Source: a virus
Taxonomy: Duplodnaviria > Caudoviricetes
IMG/VR virus record: IMGVR_UViG_3300032243_000596
Coordinates: 10,265-74,264 of that record
Direction: 5' to 3' (one strand)
DNA length: 64,000 nt
Numbering within the stretch: the first letter of the stretch is position 1; each line of letters begins with the position of its first letter. Made by a program: the position numbers and the translations under genes. The notes below the pieces were generated by a model. The model was not told where the DNA came from and ran no database searches. It saw only the letters and a program-made list of their open reading frames with translations. Below are positions 17,965 to 26,669 of this stretch, in pieces.

Positions 17965-18992
17965 ATTAAACCTTTAGATTGAGCTAGTTTGGCCAGTTCA
18001 AAGCTGGCCAAATTTTTGGCTTTACTTTCGCACATAATGTCGTGTGTGCGAAGAAATTCTACAGCCCATTCACTCACCGCAGTATTCCAATAACAATCAC
18101 TGTGAGCCCGTAGTTTTTGTTTTTTGTAACCCTCTACAAGCAATGATGCGTGGCAGGGCATCGTGGTGGTATCGTGACCGATGAGGTAGTCTTCACGAGA
18201 GACGGAGTAATGTAAAGTAGGGCGCACACCGCGCCAACTGTCAACCACCTGTTTAACACTATCGCTATTAGCATCAATGTATTCACCTTCTCTGATCCAA
18301 TGATGATGTACATCGAGGACAGTAGGTACAAGATCACGCAAACTGAGACAATCATTTAATCCCCAACTGTTTTCTTCGTTTTCAATCGTAATACAATTAC
18401 GTGCTTCTGGACTTAACTGTCCATATACCTTGCGAATACCTTCCGGTCCTCGCTTGCCTGATATATGTACGTTAATTTTAAAATCTTGGAATGTGCGACC
18501 ATAGCCCATATAGCGGGCCATATCTGCGTGATATTCAAATTCTTCTACGCTACGCTGGACAATGGCATCTGATTCGCTGGCCAGCACCGTAAATTGACCA
18601 GGGTGCATACTGAGTCTTACATCTAGCTTTCTTGCACTGTCCCCGACCCGCACAAATTCTTTTTCTAAATAGGCAATGACATCGGGCTTACGCCAGAAAT
18701 AAGAATAAGTGGGTTCTGTATAGGCCGGAAGCATATCACTGCCCAGACGAATCATACGTAGATGCTGATCCAGTGATCCAATTCGTTCAACCAGTAGGCG
18801 ACTGGCTTCTATGTTTTGCGCCATCAAATCCCATAACTTTTGCTCAGCAACTTCTTGTGTTTGACGTTTGAGCCAAGTTATGGTGGTGGTGCCAGTTTGA
18901 TACTTTTTACAGTCATCTTTGGGTTTTATGCCCAGTATTTGATCTGGGCGGTCAATCCATTTGCAGGCAAAACCGATACGTTTAGTAGTCAT
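17961..18992 (-). CDS. uvsE: UV-damage endonuclease (UvdE/UvsE)
   Basis: RIGFACK, RLSMHPGQFTVL, INVHISG, TIENEE, VLDVHHHW, LHYSVSRE, HSD, DIMCESKAKNLA. Confidence 0.92.
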   Translation of the reverse strand: MTTKRIGFACKWIDRPDQILGIKPKDDCKKYQTGTTTITWLKRQTQEVAEQKLWDLMAQNIEASRLLVERIGSLDQHLRMIRLGSDMLPAYTEPTYSYFWRKPDVIAYLEKEFVRVGDSARKLDVRLSMHPGQFTVLASESDAIVQRSVEEFEYHADMARYMGYGRTFQDFKINVHISGKRGPEGIRKVYGQLSPEARNCITIENEENSWGLNDCLSLRDLVPTVLDVHHHWIREGEYIDANSDSVKQVVDSWRGVRPTLHYSVSREDYLIGHDTTTMPCHASLLVEGYKKQKLRAHSDCYWNTAVSEWAVEFLRTHDIMCESKAKNLASFELAKLAQSKGLI

Positions 18993-18997
18993 ACGCT

Positions 18998-19026
18998 AGT
19001 ATAACACTGAATTGATTATTAGTCAA
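18998..19026 (-). promoter_or_regulatory. sigma70-type promoter, predicted leaderless
   Basis: TTGACT-17-TATACT; ATG 6 nt from the -10 box; no SD. Confidence 0.7.
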
Positions 19027-19743
19027 TCAGTTTTCGAAACAGATGCTGATTACGTGCTCGTAATTCTTTTTGATTAAACTCTTGTACATAATGTTTTTAT
19101 GTACCAAAAAATTGGTTGAGCCAGCATCTGCACTGAATTTGGCCAGTTGTTTGAAGAACAAGGCTCTGCGAGCGTAAGAACCTTTGAATTCAACCAAGGG
19201 ACCTTGCATTTGGTAAACTGCTGTGTCCCAGGCATTCTTGTCCTTTTGGCTCCAATCGTGAATTTCGGTAAATGCGGTCAATTGGTTGTTGGCCCGAACC
19301 ATAGCAGGTTGGCTATATTCACGATCTTTGAAATCTTGGTTTTTATAGTCTTTGACTGTGGTCACAACAATACCTTGACTGCTGTGGCACAGGCTTTTAA
19401 TCAAGGCCAGTTGTTCATCTTCTGATGCGGCAAAAGTCAAGTATTCATCAAAGGCCACTACACAATCAAATTTACGCAGATCTGTATAGCGTTGTACTTT
19501 TATGCCCTGCTCTAACAACCATTGAAATACGTTATCGCTGACTTCGGCCACATAAATCTCTTTAACTTGAACTTTTAAGATGGCAGGATTAAAACCCACA
19601 AACAAGATGCTGTCGTATCCGGCATTATAGTACTCGCCAATCTTGTCAAGTATTTCGTGTTTTCTGTCGATTATTTCTGTTCGTTTTGTGTGCAGACAAA
19701 ATGCGTCAAAGATCACATCACTATAATTTACAAATTGTGCCAT
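19027..19743 (-). CDS. hypothetical protein, possibly a degenerate methyltransferase fold
   Basis: SILFVGFNP and FDCVVAFDEYLTF loosely resemble class I MTase motifs. Confidence 0.4.
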   Translation of the reverse strand: MAQFVNYSDVIFDAFCLHTKRTEIIDRKHEILDKIGEYYNAGYDSILFVGFNPAILKVQVKEIYVAEVSDNVFQWLLEQGIKVQRYTDLRKFDCVVAFDEYLTFAASEDEQLALIKSLCHSSQGIVVTTVKDYKNQDFKDREYSQPAMVRANNQLTAFTEIHDWSQKDKNAWDTAVYQMQGPLVEFKGSYARRALFFKQLAKFSADAGSTNFLVHKNIMYKSLIKKNYEHVISICFEN

Positions 19744-19769
19744 TTTTTAATTTTTGTTATACCAGCAAG

Positions 19770-20789
19770 TTATTTATAGTGTTCTCTTAATAAATCTAGA
19801 GTCACACAATGGAATCCCCCACCCAGTGTGCGACTGTGTCTCAGTTCCAATGGTACCACAGTCATCGACTGGCTTTCTAATTTTTTAATCAAGTCTCGTT
19901 GATTTTTATCTACTATCACTGTGTTGGGATCTAAACTTAGTACATTCAAGGCAATCCATTTGCTAGCATAAGGGTATTGATAAAAACTTTGCGGTACAAC
20001 GTCGTCTACGTAGATCTTGTCCCACTTTTTAAACAGTTCAGGACAATTATAGTCATTGACCCTGCTGCCATTGAGTAATACTAGACCATCTCGCAATACG
20101 CTTATTGTACTATCTATATGTGCATAGGAGTATAGGTTATCGACAAGATGTACACGATATTGTTTACCTAAAATATTTTGTAACCAACGAGCACCAATAC
20201 GATTGCCTGTGTTGCTGACAAGATAAAGAATGTCATCGTTGTGTCTAAGTATATTGGCGGCATCAAATATAGGTTCAGTTTCCGTTAGTTCAACATTGTC
20301 ATCCACAATATAGTTTTCGTGTGTGAGTAAACGCGGCCGGGGTGCTGATATCCAACGTGCATCATCAGCAACGGCACTTTGTTTGATTTTCCAATAGGCG
20401 TTGCTTTCCATTTGACGACTGCGATAGGTCATTGGTGCTTCAATGACAACATCGTCCACAACTAACAAGACATCACGGGGGCAATAGTTATACATACCAT
20501 CAGTTTCCCACTCGTGTGTTTTCACTATGTGGGCGTGATCTAGATCTTTGGGGCGATGAACCTTGACGCCAAAATTACGTAGAGCCAAACAAAGATCTTC
20601 AAGATCCTCATTGGCTTCATCAACTATGTGCTGTGGGAAAGGTCCGTGGGGCAAGGGTGTTTCTTTCCAGGCTGTTACCTCCTGGTTGTAGTTAAATATT
20701 TCATCTAACAGGGGGAAACGAGCACCTGTTGCGTCTCCCACCACACAGGTCTTTAAGGTGTCGTATTCATTACGACTTGAAATTTTCAT
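19770..20789 (-). CDS. amidinotransferase (glycine / inosamine-phosphate type, pentein fold)
   Basis: YNYCPRD, FDAAN, AHIDST, TLGGGFHCVTLD. Confidence 0.9.
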   Translation of the reverse strand: MKISSRNEYDTLKTCVVGDATGARFPLLDEIFNYNQEVTAWKETPLPHGPFPQHIVDEANEDLEDLCLALRNFGVKVHRPKDLDHAHIVKTHEWETDGMYNYCPRDVLLVVDDVVIEAPMTYRSRQMESNAYWKIKQSAVADDARWISAPRPRLLTHENYIVDDNVELTETEPIFDAANILRHNDDILYLVSNTGNRIGARWLQNILGKQYRVHLVDNLYSYAHIDSTISVLRDGLVLLNGSRVNDYNCPELFKKWDKIYVDDVVPQSFYQYPYASKWIALNVLSLDPNTVIVDKNQRDLIKKLESQSMTVVPLELRHSRTLGGGFHCVTLDLLREHYK

Positions 20790-21304
20790 TTGTATCCGGT
20801 AATTTGTAGCGTGTATCTTGGCAATAGGCCAAGATTAGCAGCCATATGTTCAACATCATAACGCCATTCAACAGCGTCACCTGCTCGCCAGCCTGTTATG
20901 GCCCGGCCGTCTATTTCAAAATAGTGTCCCGAAGACCAATCTTCTAAAAATACTATAGTACGATAGATCCAGTATTCTTGTCCTTGTAGCTTTAATAGGT
21001 CTATATAGCGTGTGTATAGATCCCTGTGTGCCGGCAGTACAGTATTTGTATCCATACGATAGTAACTGGTTCCTATTTCTTTGTAGCCCCTAGCTTCAAA
21101 TATGCGTATAAAACGCTCATTCCAGCTGGGTTGGGGTCTACGCATATCACACATAGCACCAGTAAAAGGCCCAGTATAGCCCTGAGTGGTCCATAGAGCT
21201 AGACTTACTGGGTCATTAAACGGTTCCAGGACGTAGTCTAATTGCTTGTACTCGTCGTCCCAGAACTGATTTATGTGTAGTTTATTGACCTCTAGTGTTG
21301 CCAT
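20786..21304 (-). CDS. cupin / 2OG-Fe(II) hydroxylase-like protein
   Basis: LPAHRD...HMAAN...RYTLQITG (HxD...H...R). Confidence 0.65.
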   Translation of the reverse strand: MATLEVNKLHINQFWDDEYKQLDYVLEPFNDPVSLALWTTQGYTGPFTGAMCDMRRPQPSWNERFIRIFEARGYKEIGTSYYRMDTNTVLPAHRDLYTRYIDLLKLQGQEYWIYRTIVFLEDWSSGHYFEIDGRAITGWRAGDAVEWRYDVEHMAANLGLLPRYTLQITGYK

Positions 21305-22529
21305 AGTGGATTACTTGTACATTGCCGGTTGGTTGCAATTTACGCCAAGGATCAACAATAACACTGCCAGGTTTGATATCACAGTAGGCCTGTGTATCTG
21401 CTTGTTCACCGGTATACTCATATGTGATCTTACGATTGTGTGCCCAGAGGAAAATAGCAGGACCGTCAATTGAATCGACAACCTCATCCTTGTTGTCTGC
21501 CAGCGGATCAATGTAGACAACAGGCAAACCTGCTTCTTTAATATAGTGACCAACCAGTGTTGAATAGCTGCCAATACAGTATTCAACATCTGGCTTGTAG
21601 GCCTTGCCGTGAATAACGACAGGTAGTCCGGTTGCACGAGATTGTTCCACTAGGAATAGTCCTAGATTCTTGGCCTGAACTTCACGGGCGTGCATAATGG
21701 TATCAAACAGATCGTAACCTACTTCGTAGTGTTCAGCTAACCAACGTAAGGCAATATTGTCACGTGGGTGGCAAGCACCTGCATCGCCCATACCTGCTGT
21801 CATATACTTGGGTCCTTGCAAGCGCATAGTGCTGCGAGCCAATGCGTTGGTGACCACATCAACGTTAATATTGCCAATCTTCATAGCAAAGTCTTGGATC
21901 ATATTAACAATACCAACTTTGGCACTGATGTAGGTGTTATAGAAAATCTTAATAGCTTCGCACTCATCCCAAGTGCCGATTTCATAACGTGGATCATTTT
22001 GCATCATAGTCTTGTATAGGGCAATTAGTTCGCCGGCAACGCCAGTCATCTCACCGTCTTCGGTACCGATGATGACCATCTCTGGATTGGCCATATCCCA
22101 CTTGACACTGCCCATAGCAATTAGATAAGGATTATACAAGAACTGATGACGCTGGTCTAGCAAAGTAATAAACTTGCTGCGTGTTGTGCCTGGCAATACG
22201 GTACTGATCAATACAACCTTTTTGCTAGTGGTAGCATACTTGTTGACTTTATTAATGGCATCAATGACTGCATCGTGACCAAAGTCTTTGGGAGTCATAT
22301 GACTTGATGGAACACTACCGTCGTAACCTTCTGCGTGTGGTGTAGGTACTGCAATAAAGATCCACTCTGCATTGACACAGAGCTCTTCGATATCACAAAC
22401 CTTGACTGAGTCACTGGTTCTGGGGTAAATATCATAACCCCAGACATCGTGTTTTTCGGCCATAACTTCGGCGCAATCAAGACCTAGTTTGCCGATACCA
22501 ATAAATCCAATTTTTTTCTTTTCTAACAT
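21282..22529 (-). CDS. UDP-glucose/GDP-mannose dehydrogenase family protein
   Basis: GFIGIGKLG, IAVPTP, STVLPGT, EAIKIFYNTY, GDAGACHPRD, GKAYKP. Confidence 0.9.
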   Translation of the reverse strand: MLEKKKIGFIGIGKLGLDCAEVMAEKHDVWGYDIYPRTSDSVKVCDIEELCVNAEWIFIAVPTPHAEGYDGSVPSSHMTPKDFGHDAVIDAINKVNKYATTSKKVVLISTVLPGTTRSKFITLLDQRHQFLYNPYLIAMGSVKWDMANPEMVIIGTEDGEMTGVAGELIALYKTMMQNDPRYEIGTWDECEAIKIFYNTYISAKVGIVNMIQDFAMKIGNINVDVVTNALARSTMRLQGPKYMTAGMGDAGACHPRDNIALRWLAEHYEVGYDLFDTIMHAREVQAKNLGLFLVEQSRATGLPVVIHGKAYKPDVEYCIGSYSTLVGHYIKEAGLPVVYIDPLADNKDEVVDSIDGPAIFLWAHNRKITYEYTGEQADTQAYCDIKPGSVIVDPWRKLQPTGNVQVIHYGNTRGQ

Positions 22530-22530
22530 A

Positions 22531-23730
22531 ATGTTTTCCTTAGATAATTTCTATTACGTATTATACAAAAATTTGTTGAAGCCTGTACAGCTTCCCCCGC
22601 TCTTTTTTAGTAAATTTGGATCAACAAATAAAGACGACTTAGAATTAGATAACTTTGATAGAAGCATTAATAATAAAAATAAAAGAGACAATTTTCAAAA
22701 TGATTTATGTTTTTTTTATGATCAAGAACCCTTGATAGTGGAATTACTTGAAAATATTGATCATCATCTTTTCTTACATCAAACTACTTTAAAAGTTTTC
22801 GCAAATAGTGAAAAGTCAGAATACAAAAAAATCTATTGTAAAAACAATAATTTTTTAGATTGGTATTATTTCTTTCACGGATTTGCGGCATTAGATTGGT
22901 ATCGAGATTATAAGTATATCCCCAAAGTTGAAAACAAATTTAGTAAAGTATTTATATCCTTAAACAGACTGGTCGTAAAAGATAGAAGTTACAGACTTAA
23001 TCTGGTGGCCAATTATATGGAACAAGGCTTGTTAGAATATGGACACGTGAGTTTGGGGTTGATCAACAATGACTGGAAAGAAGAGGTAACATATTCTAAT
23101 TCTAAGCTCAGCACTCAAGCCAAAGGTAAAATATTAAAATACATAAGTTGTCTAAAAGGTCCGTTAATAGTGGATCAAGAAAACGTCCCTGGATATGCAA
23201 GTGCTGGATCAGGGGACAACGAAATGATGTTACAACAAAGTGCTTTGTGGCACGTGGTATCAGAAACTGTATTTTATTATCCTAAACTTCACCTAACAGA
23301 AAAAATTTTTAAACCTATTGTACATCGAAGACCTTTTATACTCGTCGCAGCTCCGGGTAATCTTGCTTATCTAAAAAGTTACGGATTTAAAACATTCGAC
23401 CGGTGGATAGACGAAAGTTACGATACTATTGAAGACAACGATCAGCGTATACAAGCCATTACTCAGGAGCTGGCAAAATTGTGCAAATTAAATCGGGAAG
23501 AGCTAGAAACAATGTACCAAGAAATGCAAGAAATATTGGACTATAATTTCAATCATTTCTATGGAGATTTTAATCGAATTATAGTTGACGAGCTAGTAGA
23601 TAATTTTCGATGGGTTCTTTCACGATGGAATAACGGAAGATTTGATATAGACGGTAGAGGAGTATTGCGTGACTATACACCGACCGATCACATAGACTTT
23701 GAAGCTGTCAAGCAACGTCTTCTTGGCTGA
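22531..23730 (+). CDS. glycosyltransferase-like (GT10/exostosin-like) protein, paralog 1
   Basis: HVVSETVFYYPKLHLTEKIFKPI...RPFILV...YLKSYGFKTFDRWIDESYD; start placed at ATG 22531. Confidence 0.6.
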   Translation: MFSLDNFYYVLYKNLLKPVQLPPLFFSKFGSTNKDDLELDNFDRSINNKNKRDNFQNDLCFFYDQEPLIVELLENIDHHLFLHQTTLKVFANSEKSEYKKIYCKNNNFLDWYYFFHGFAALDWYRDYKYIPKVENKFSKVFISLNRLVVKDRSYRLNLVANYMEQGLLEYGHVSLGLINNDWKEEVTYSNSKLSTQAKGKILKYISCLKGPLIVDQENVPGYASAGSGDNEMMLQQSALWHVVSETVFYYPKLHLTEKIFKPIVHRRPFILVAAPGNLAYLKSYGFKTFDRWIDESYDTIEDNDQRIQAITQELAKLCKLNREELETMYQEMQEILDYNFNHFYGDFNRIIVDELVDNFRWVLSRWNNGRFDIDGRGVLRDYTPTDHIDFEAVKQRLLG

Positions 23731-24022
23731 CTATGCGGTTGACGATTTCGTCATAGAAACTGTCCAACTCACCAGCAAAGCAACCCTTTAGTTGGGGTGC
23801 AACATCTTTGCAAAATTCATAGTTACCATTGTAGTATTCAGCAACGAACCTGCTGTGTAAATCCTTTAAGTGGTCCAGGTTGACCAACTCCATAACAGGC
23901 ACGTTGGACACAACACAAAATGCCTTAATTTCTTTGCCGTCTCTTATAAATGTTTCCAACTCTAAGACAGTATAGTTACTGTTAAGTGCGTCAGCTGCTT
24001 CTTGTCCTAATATGATTTGCAT
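23708..24022 (-). CDS. hypothetical protein
   Basis: 104-aa ORF coupled to its neighbours. Confidence 0.7.
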   Translation of the reverse strand: MQIILGQEAADALNSNYTVLELETFIRDGKEIKAFCVVSNVPVMELVNLDHLKDLHSRFVAEYYNGNYEFCKDVAPQLKGCFAGELDSFYDEIVNRIVSQEDVA

Positions 24023-24444
24023 ACTGTTAAATCCTCTAATGCGTTAACAATTTGAAGTATATCCATACTGTGCTGACTATACCCTTCAGTTACTGTATTC
24101 AAGTAACCTTCGCCGGGCACATCCAAATCAAACCCCGGGGGCATAAAATATATCATAGCACGTACATTTTTATTGTTGTACTTGACTGTAACTTCTTTTT
24201 TATTATAAAATTCTGGATACCCTTCCAGTTTGTCCAGACTGCGTTCACAATCTTCTGTAATGGTCCACAAAGCACATTCCATAGCGTGGCCCGGTGTGTA
24301 TTCAGCATCGCAGAATCTTTTAAATACCAATCGATGATCATCCAGTGTAACTTTGCCTAAACTTTCAGCACTGGGGCAACGCCACCGCATTGAGTTCAAG
24401 TTGGTGTTCATTCCGTAAGCGAGATAGTGAGTTTTTGTTTTCAT
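24007..24444 (-). CDS. gamma-glutamylcyclotransferase (AIG2-like)
   Basis: YLAYGMN, ALWTIT, SLDKLEGYPEFY. Confidence 0.85.
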   Translation of the reverse strand: MKTKTHYLAYGMNTNLNSMRWRCPSAESLGKVTLDDHRLVFKRFCDAEYTPGHAMECALWTITEDCERSLDKLEGYPEFYNKKEVTVKYNNKNVRAMIYFMPPGFDLDVPGEGYLNTVTEGYSQHSMDILQIVNALEDLTVCKSY

Positions 24445-24971
24445 AGTTCAGTTAATTTGTGACGGCGGACTGCGTCTTGTACTGCTTGTGCTTGACTGAC
24501 TGCGTCGGCCAAAGCATTGTGCAATAGTGCTCCGCCTCGGCGACTATCTCCAAGAGCCTTGAGCAGGGTTCTGCTGTCGCGTATGTTGTAGTATAGCCAG
24601 GGACAAGGCTTTCCCATTTGTCTATATAAGTTTTCGATAATAACAATATCAAAAACAGGACCTTGTGCCCAAATACGATCAGTGCCCACAAGAAATCGAT
24701 TTAACTGGTGCGTAAATGTTTCCAGATCCACACGGTCGTGTTCACCCAATGCTTCTTCTCTGATTTCTTCACTTTGTGTACCCCACCATTCAACAGTGCC
24801 GGCATCCACGTGACGACCCAAGGCAATCTGCTCATCTACATCAACACGTAGATAAAGACCATCAGTAAGATCTTTACTGTCGTCAAAGGGATCAAACTTA
24901 ATTGCACCAAAAGTAAGGATAACGCTGTTGGGGCTGGTGGCCAGCGTTTCCAGATCAAGCATTGTGTCCAT
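24441..24971 (-). CDS. DEDDh 3'-5' exonuclease (RNase AS-like)
   Basis: MLDLETL, WAQGPVFDIVII, RDSRT, HNALADA. Confidence 0.85.
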   Translation of the reverse strand: MDTMLDLETLATSPNSVILTFGAIKFDPFDDSKDLTDGLYLRVDVDEQIALGRHVDAGTVEWWGTQSEEIREEALGEHDRVDLETFTHQLNRFLVGTDRIWAQGPVFDIVIIENLYRQMGKPCPWLYYNIRDSRTLLKALGDSRRGGALLHNALADAVSQAQAVQDAVRRHKLTEL

Positions 24972-25286
24972 TTAGGCCTCGGGCTCTAATTTAACTACCA
25001 AAGGAAATCCGTTGTTACGGGCCAACATAGTTACTTCTACACCTTTTTGCTCGGCCATTTCAAAAGGATATGTGGCCACCACTGCAGATCCTTCTTCGTG
25101 AATTTTCATAGTTATGTCTTCAGCCGCCATATGATCATAGTTAAAAATTATAACCAAGGTTTCCACAACAAACTCTTGTGTAGTGACTTCGTCATTGATG
25201 TAGATCACATTATAACGAACCGGTTCAGGAATATCTTCCTTGGGTTTGATTTTGGTAATGGGTTTGGTATCTGTTGCAGTTGTCAT
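24972..25286 (-). CDS. clpS: Clp protease N-end rule adaptor
   Basis: YNVIYINDEVTTQEFVV, ITMKIHEEGSAVVATYPFEMAEQK, GFPL; start placed at ATG 25286. Confidence 0.93.
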   Translation of the reverse strand: MTTATDTKPITKIKPKEDIPEPVRYNVIYINDEVTTQEFVVETLVIIFNYDHMAAEDITMKIHEEGSAVVATYPFEMAEQKGVEVTMLARNNGFPLVVKLEPEA

Positions 25287-25301
25287 ATAGTTGAAATTCA
25301 A

Positions 25302-25327
25302 ATAGGGGAGAACAATCTCTCCCCTAT
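25302..25327 (-). terminator. hairpin between hsp20 and clpS, next to a promoter
   Basis: ATAGGGGAG-8nt-CTCCCCTAT; adjacent TTGCAA-17-TATAAT at 25356-25328. Confidence 0.55.
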
Positions 25328-25345
25328 ATTATAACACCAATAGCA

Positions 25346-25789
25346 TTATTTTGCAAATGTTATGGCGATCTTCTTGGCTTTTTGCTCTTCTGGAATAACG
25401 TGTTCCAAAGCAATGGCTAAAATACCGTTTTGAACTGTGGCGGCCTTGACTCGAACTTCGGGGTTCAAAGTGAAGGTACGCTCAAAGTTACGAGTACTGA
25501 TGCCCTTGTGGGTATAAGTGATCTCGGGTTCTTTTTTCTCTTTGGTACCTTTTACAGTTAAAACGTTGTCTTTGAGTTCAACGTCAACTTCGCTTTCAGC
25601 AAAGCCTGCCACGGCAACTTCGATCACATAGTGTGTATCGTCCAATTGGGCAATATTATATGGAGGATAGTTGTCGCTTGAACGGCTATTGGCAAACGTT
25701 CTGTTCATTTCGTCAAACAGACGGTCAAAGCCAATGGCGTGACGGTGTAAGTTAGGTAAGTCAAGAGTACGGATTTGGAATTGTGTCAT
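25346..25789 (-). CDS. small heat shock protein Hsp20 (IbpA-like)
   Basis: AIGFDRLF, YPPYNI, IEVAVAGF, HKGISTRNFERTF, NGILAI. Confidence 0.95.
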   Translation of the reverse strand: MTQFQIRTLDLPNLHRHAIGFDRLFDEMNRTFANSRSSDNYPPYNIAQLDDTHYVIEVAVAGFAESEVDVELKDNVLTVKGTKEKKEPEITYTHKGISTRNFERTFTLNPEVRVKAATVQNGILAIALEHVIPEEQKAKKIAITFAK

Positions 25790-25860
25790 TTTATTTCTCC
25801 TTTAATAAGCAAGTTATGACATTTGAAATGTAGCCCCACCCGGGCACTACACATTTATTT

Positions 25861-25889
25861 ATTATACTTGAATCAAAAATTAAAGTCAA
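25861..25889 (-). promoter_or_regulatory. sigma70-type promoter of hsp20
   Basis: TTGACT-17-TATAAT. Confidence 0.75.
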
Positions 25890-26155
25890 TTGGATTTGGG
25901 AGGACTCATTGGCTCCACCAGTCTATAGTCTATGCTACTGGCCCATCTGCTGTATTTTGGATTCCAGGTCAATCCAAAAAATGTATAAATTTCTGGATCT
26001 TCAAAAAATACTCTCAGTGTGTATTTTACCAATTTTTCTTTGTAATCAATGTGGTACTTTTCGGACCAAGCAGTTAGATCACGTCTCACATAATAAAGTG
26101 CATTGGCTGCGGATTGACCGCCTGCTCCAAGTGGCAAACGGAATTCTAAATACAT
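25886..26155 (-). CDS. hypothetical protein
   Basis: 89-aa ORF coupled to rpsU. Confidence 0.7.
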   Translation of the reverse strand: MYLEFRLPLGAGGQSAANALYYVRRDLTAWSEKYHIDYKEKLVKYTLRVFFEDPEIYTFFGLTWNPKYSRWASSIDYRLVEPMSPPKSN

Positions 26156-26400
26156 TAGTACAATTTTTTGGGCAACTGCTGTGCCGCTAGTTTCTTATTC
26201 CAGCGATTCTTGGCTGCGCTGGCGGCCCGTTTACGGCCGGTGGTGGGCTTTTCATAAAATTCACGATCCCGCAACTCTTGCAACTTACCGCTGTCGGCCA
26301 CTTTCTTTTTAAATTTACGCAAAGCCTTTTCCACTTGGTCGTCTTTGACGTAGACTTTACTGCCAGGTGCTATGGGCTTGTTTGCACGATCAAAACTCAT
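26155..26400 (-). CDS. rpsU: ribosomal protein bS21
   Basis: VYVKDDQVEKALRKFKKKV...ELRDREFYEKPTTGRKR. Confidence 0.9.
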   Translation of the reverse strand: MSFDRANKPIAPGSKVYVKDDQVEKALRKFKKKVADSGKLQELRDREFYEKPTTGRKRAASAAKNRWNKKLAAQQLPKKLY

Positions 26401-26662
26401 CGTCCAATTTCCTTAACCAGCTGACAAAGTCCCCGTCCCGAACGTGGCGGCAGTCAATGACCTTGTTGACCATACCCCTTAGTCCTTCAAACCATTGTGG
26501 ATCATTCATCGAGTCGTTGTACAAATAAATGTCATAGGGTTTGTCACTGAGTTGAAGCAAAATTGCCTTGGTTTCTTCTTCCGTCCACCTACAGTTTCTA
26601 ATCAATACTTTGGGTATCGAAGGATCTAGATCCATATCGGGCGGTGTGATAAATCTTGGCAT
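26390..26662 (-). CDS. hypothetical protein
   Basis: 90-aa ORF. Confidence 0.7.
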   Translation of the reverse strand: MPRFITPPDMDLDPSIPKVLIRNCRWTEEETKAILLQLSDKPYDIYLYNDSMNDPQWFEGLRGMVNKVIDCRHVRDGDFVSWLRKLDDEF

Positions 26663-26669
26663 AATGTCC

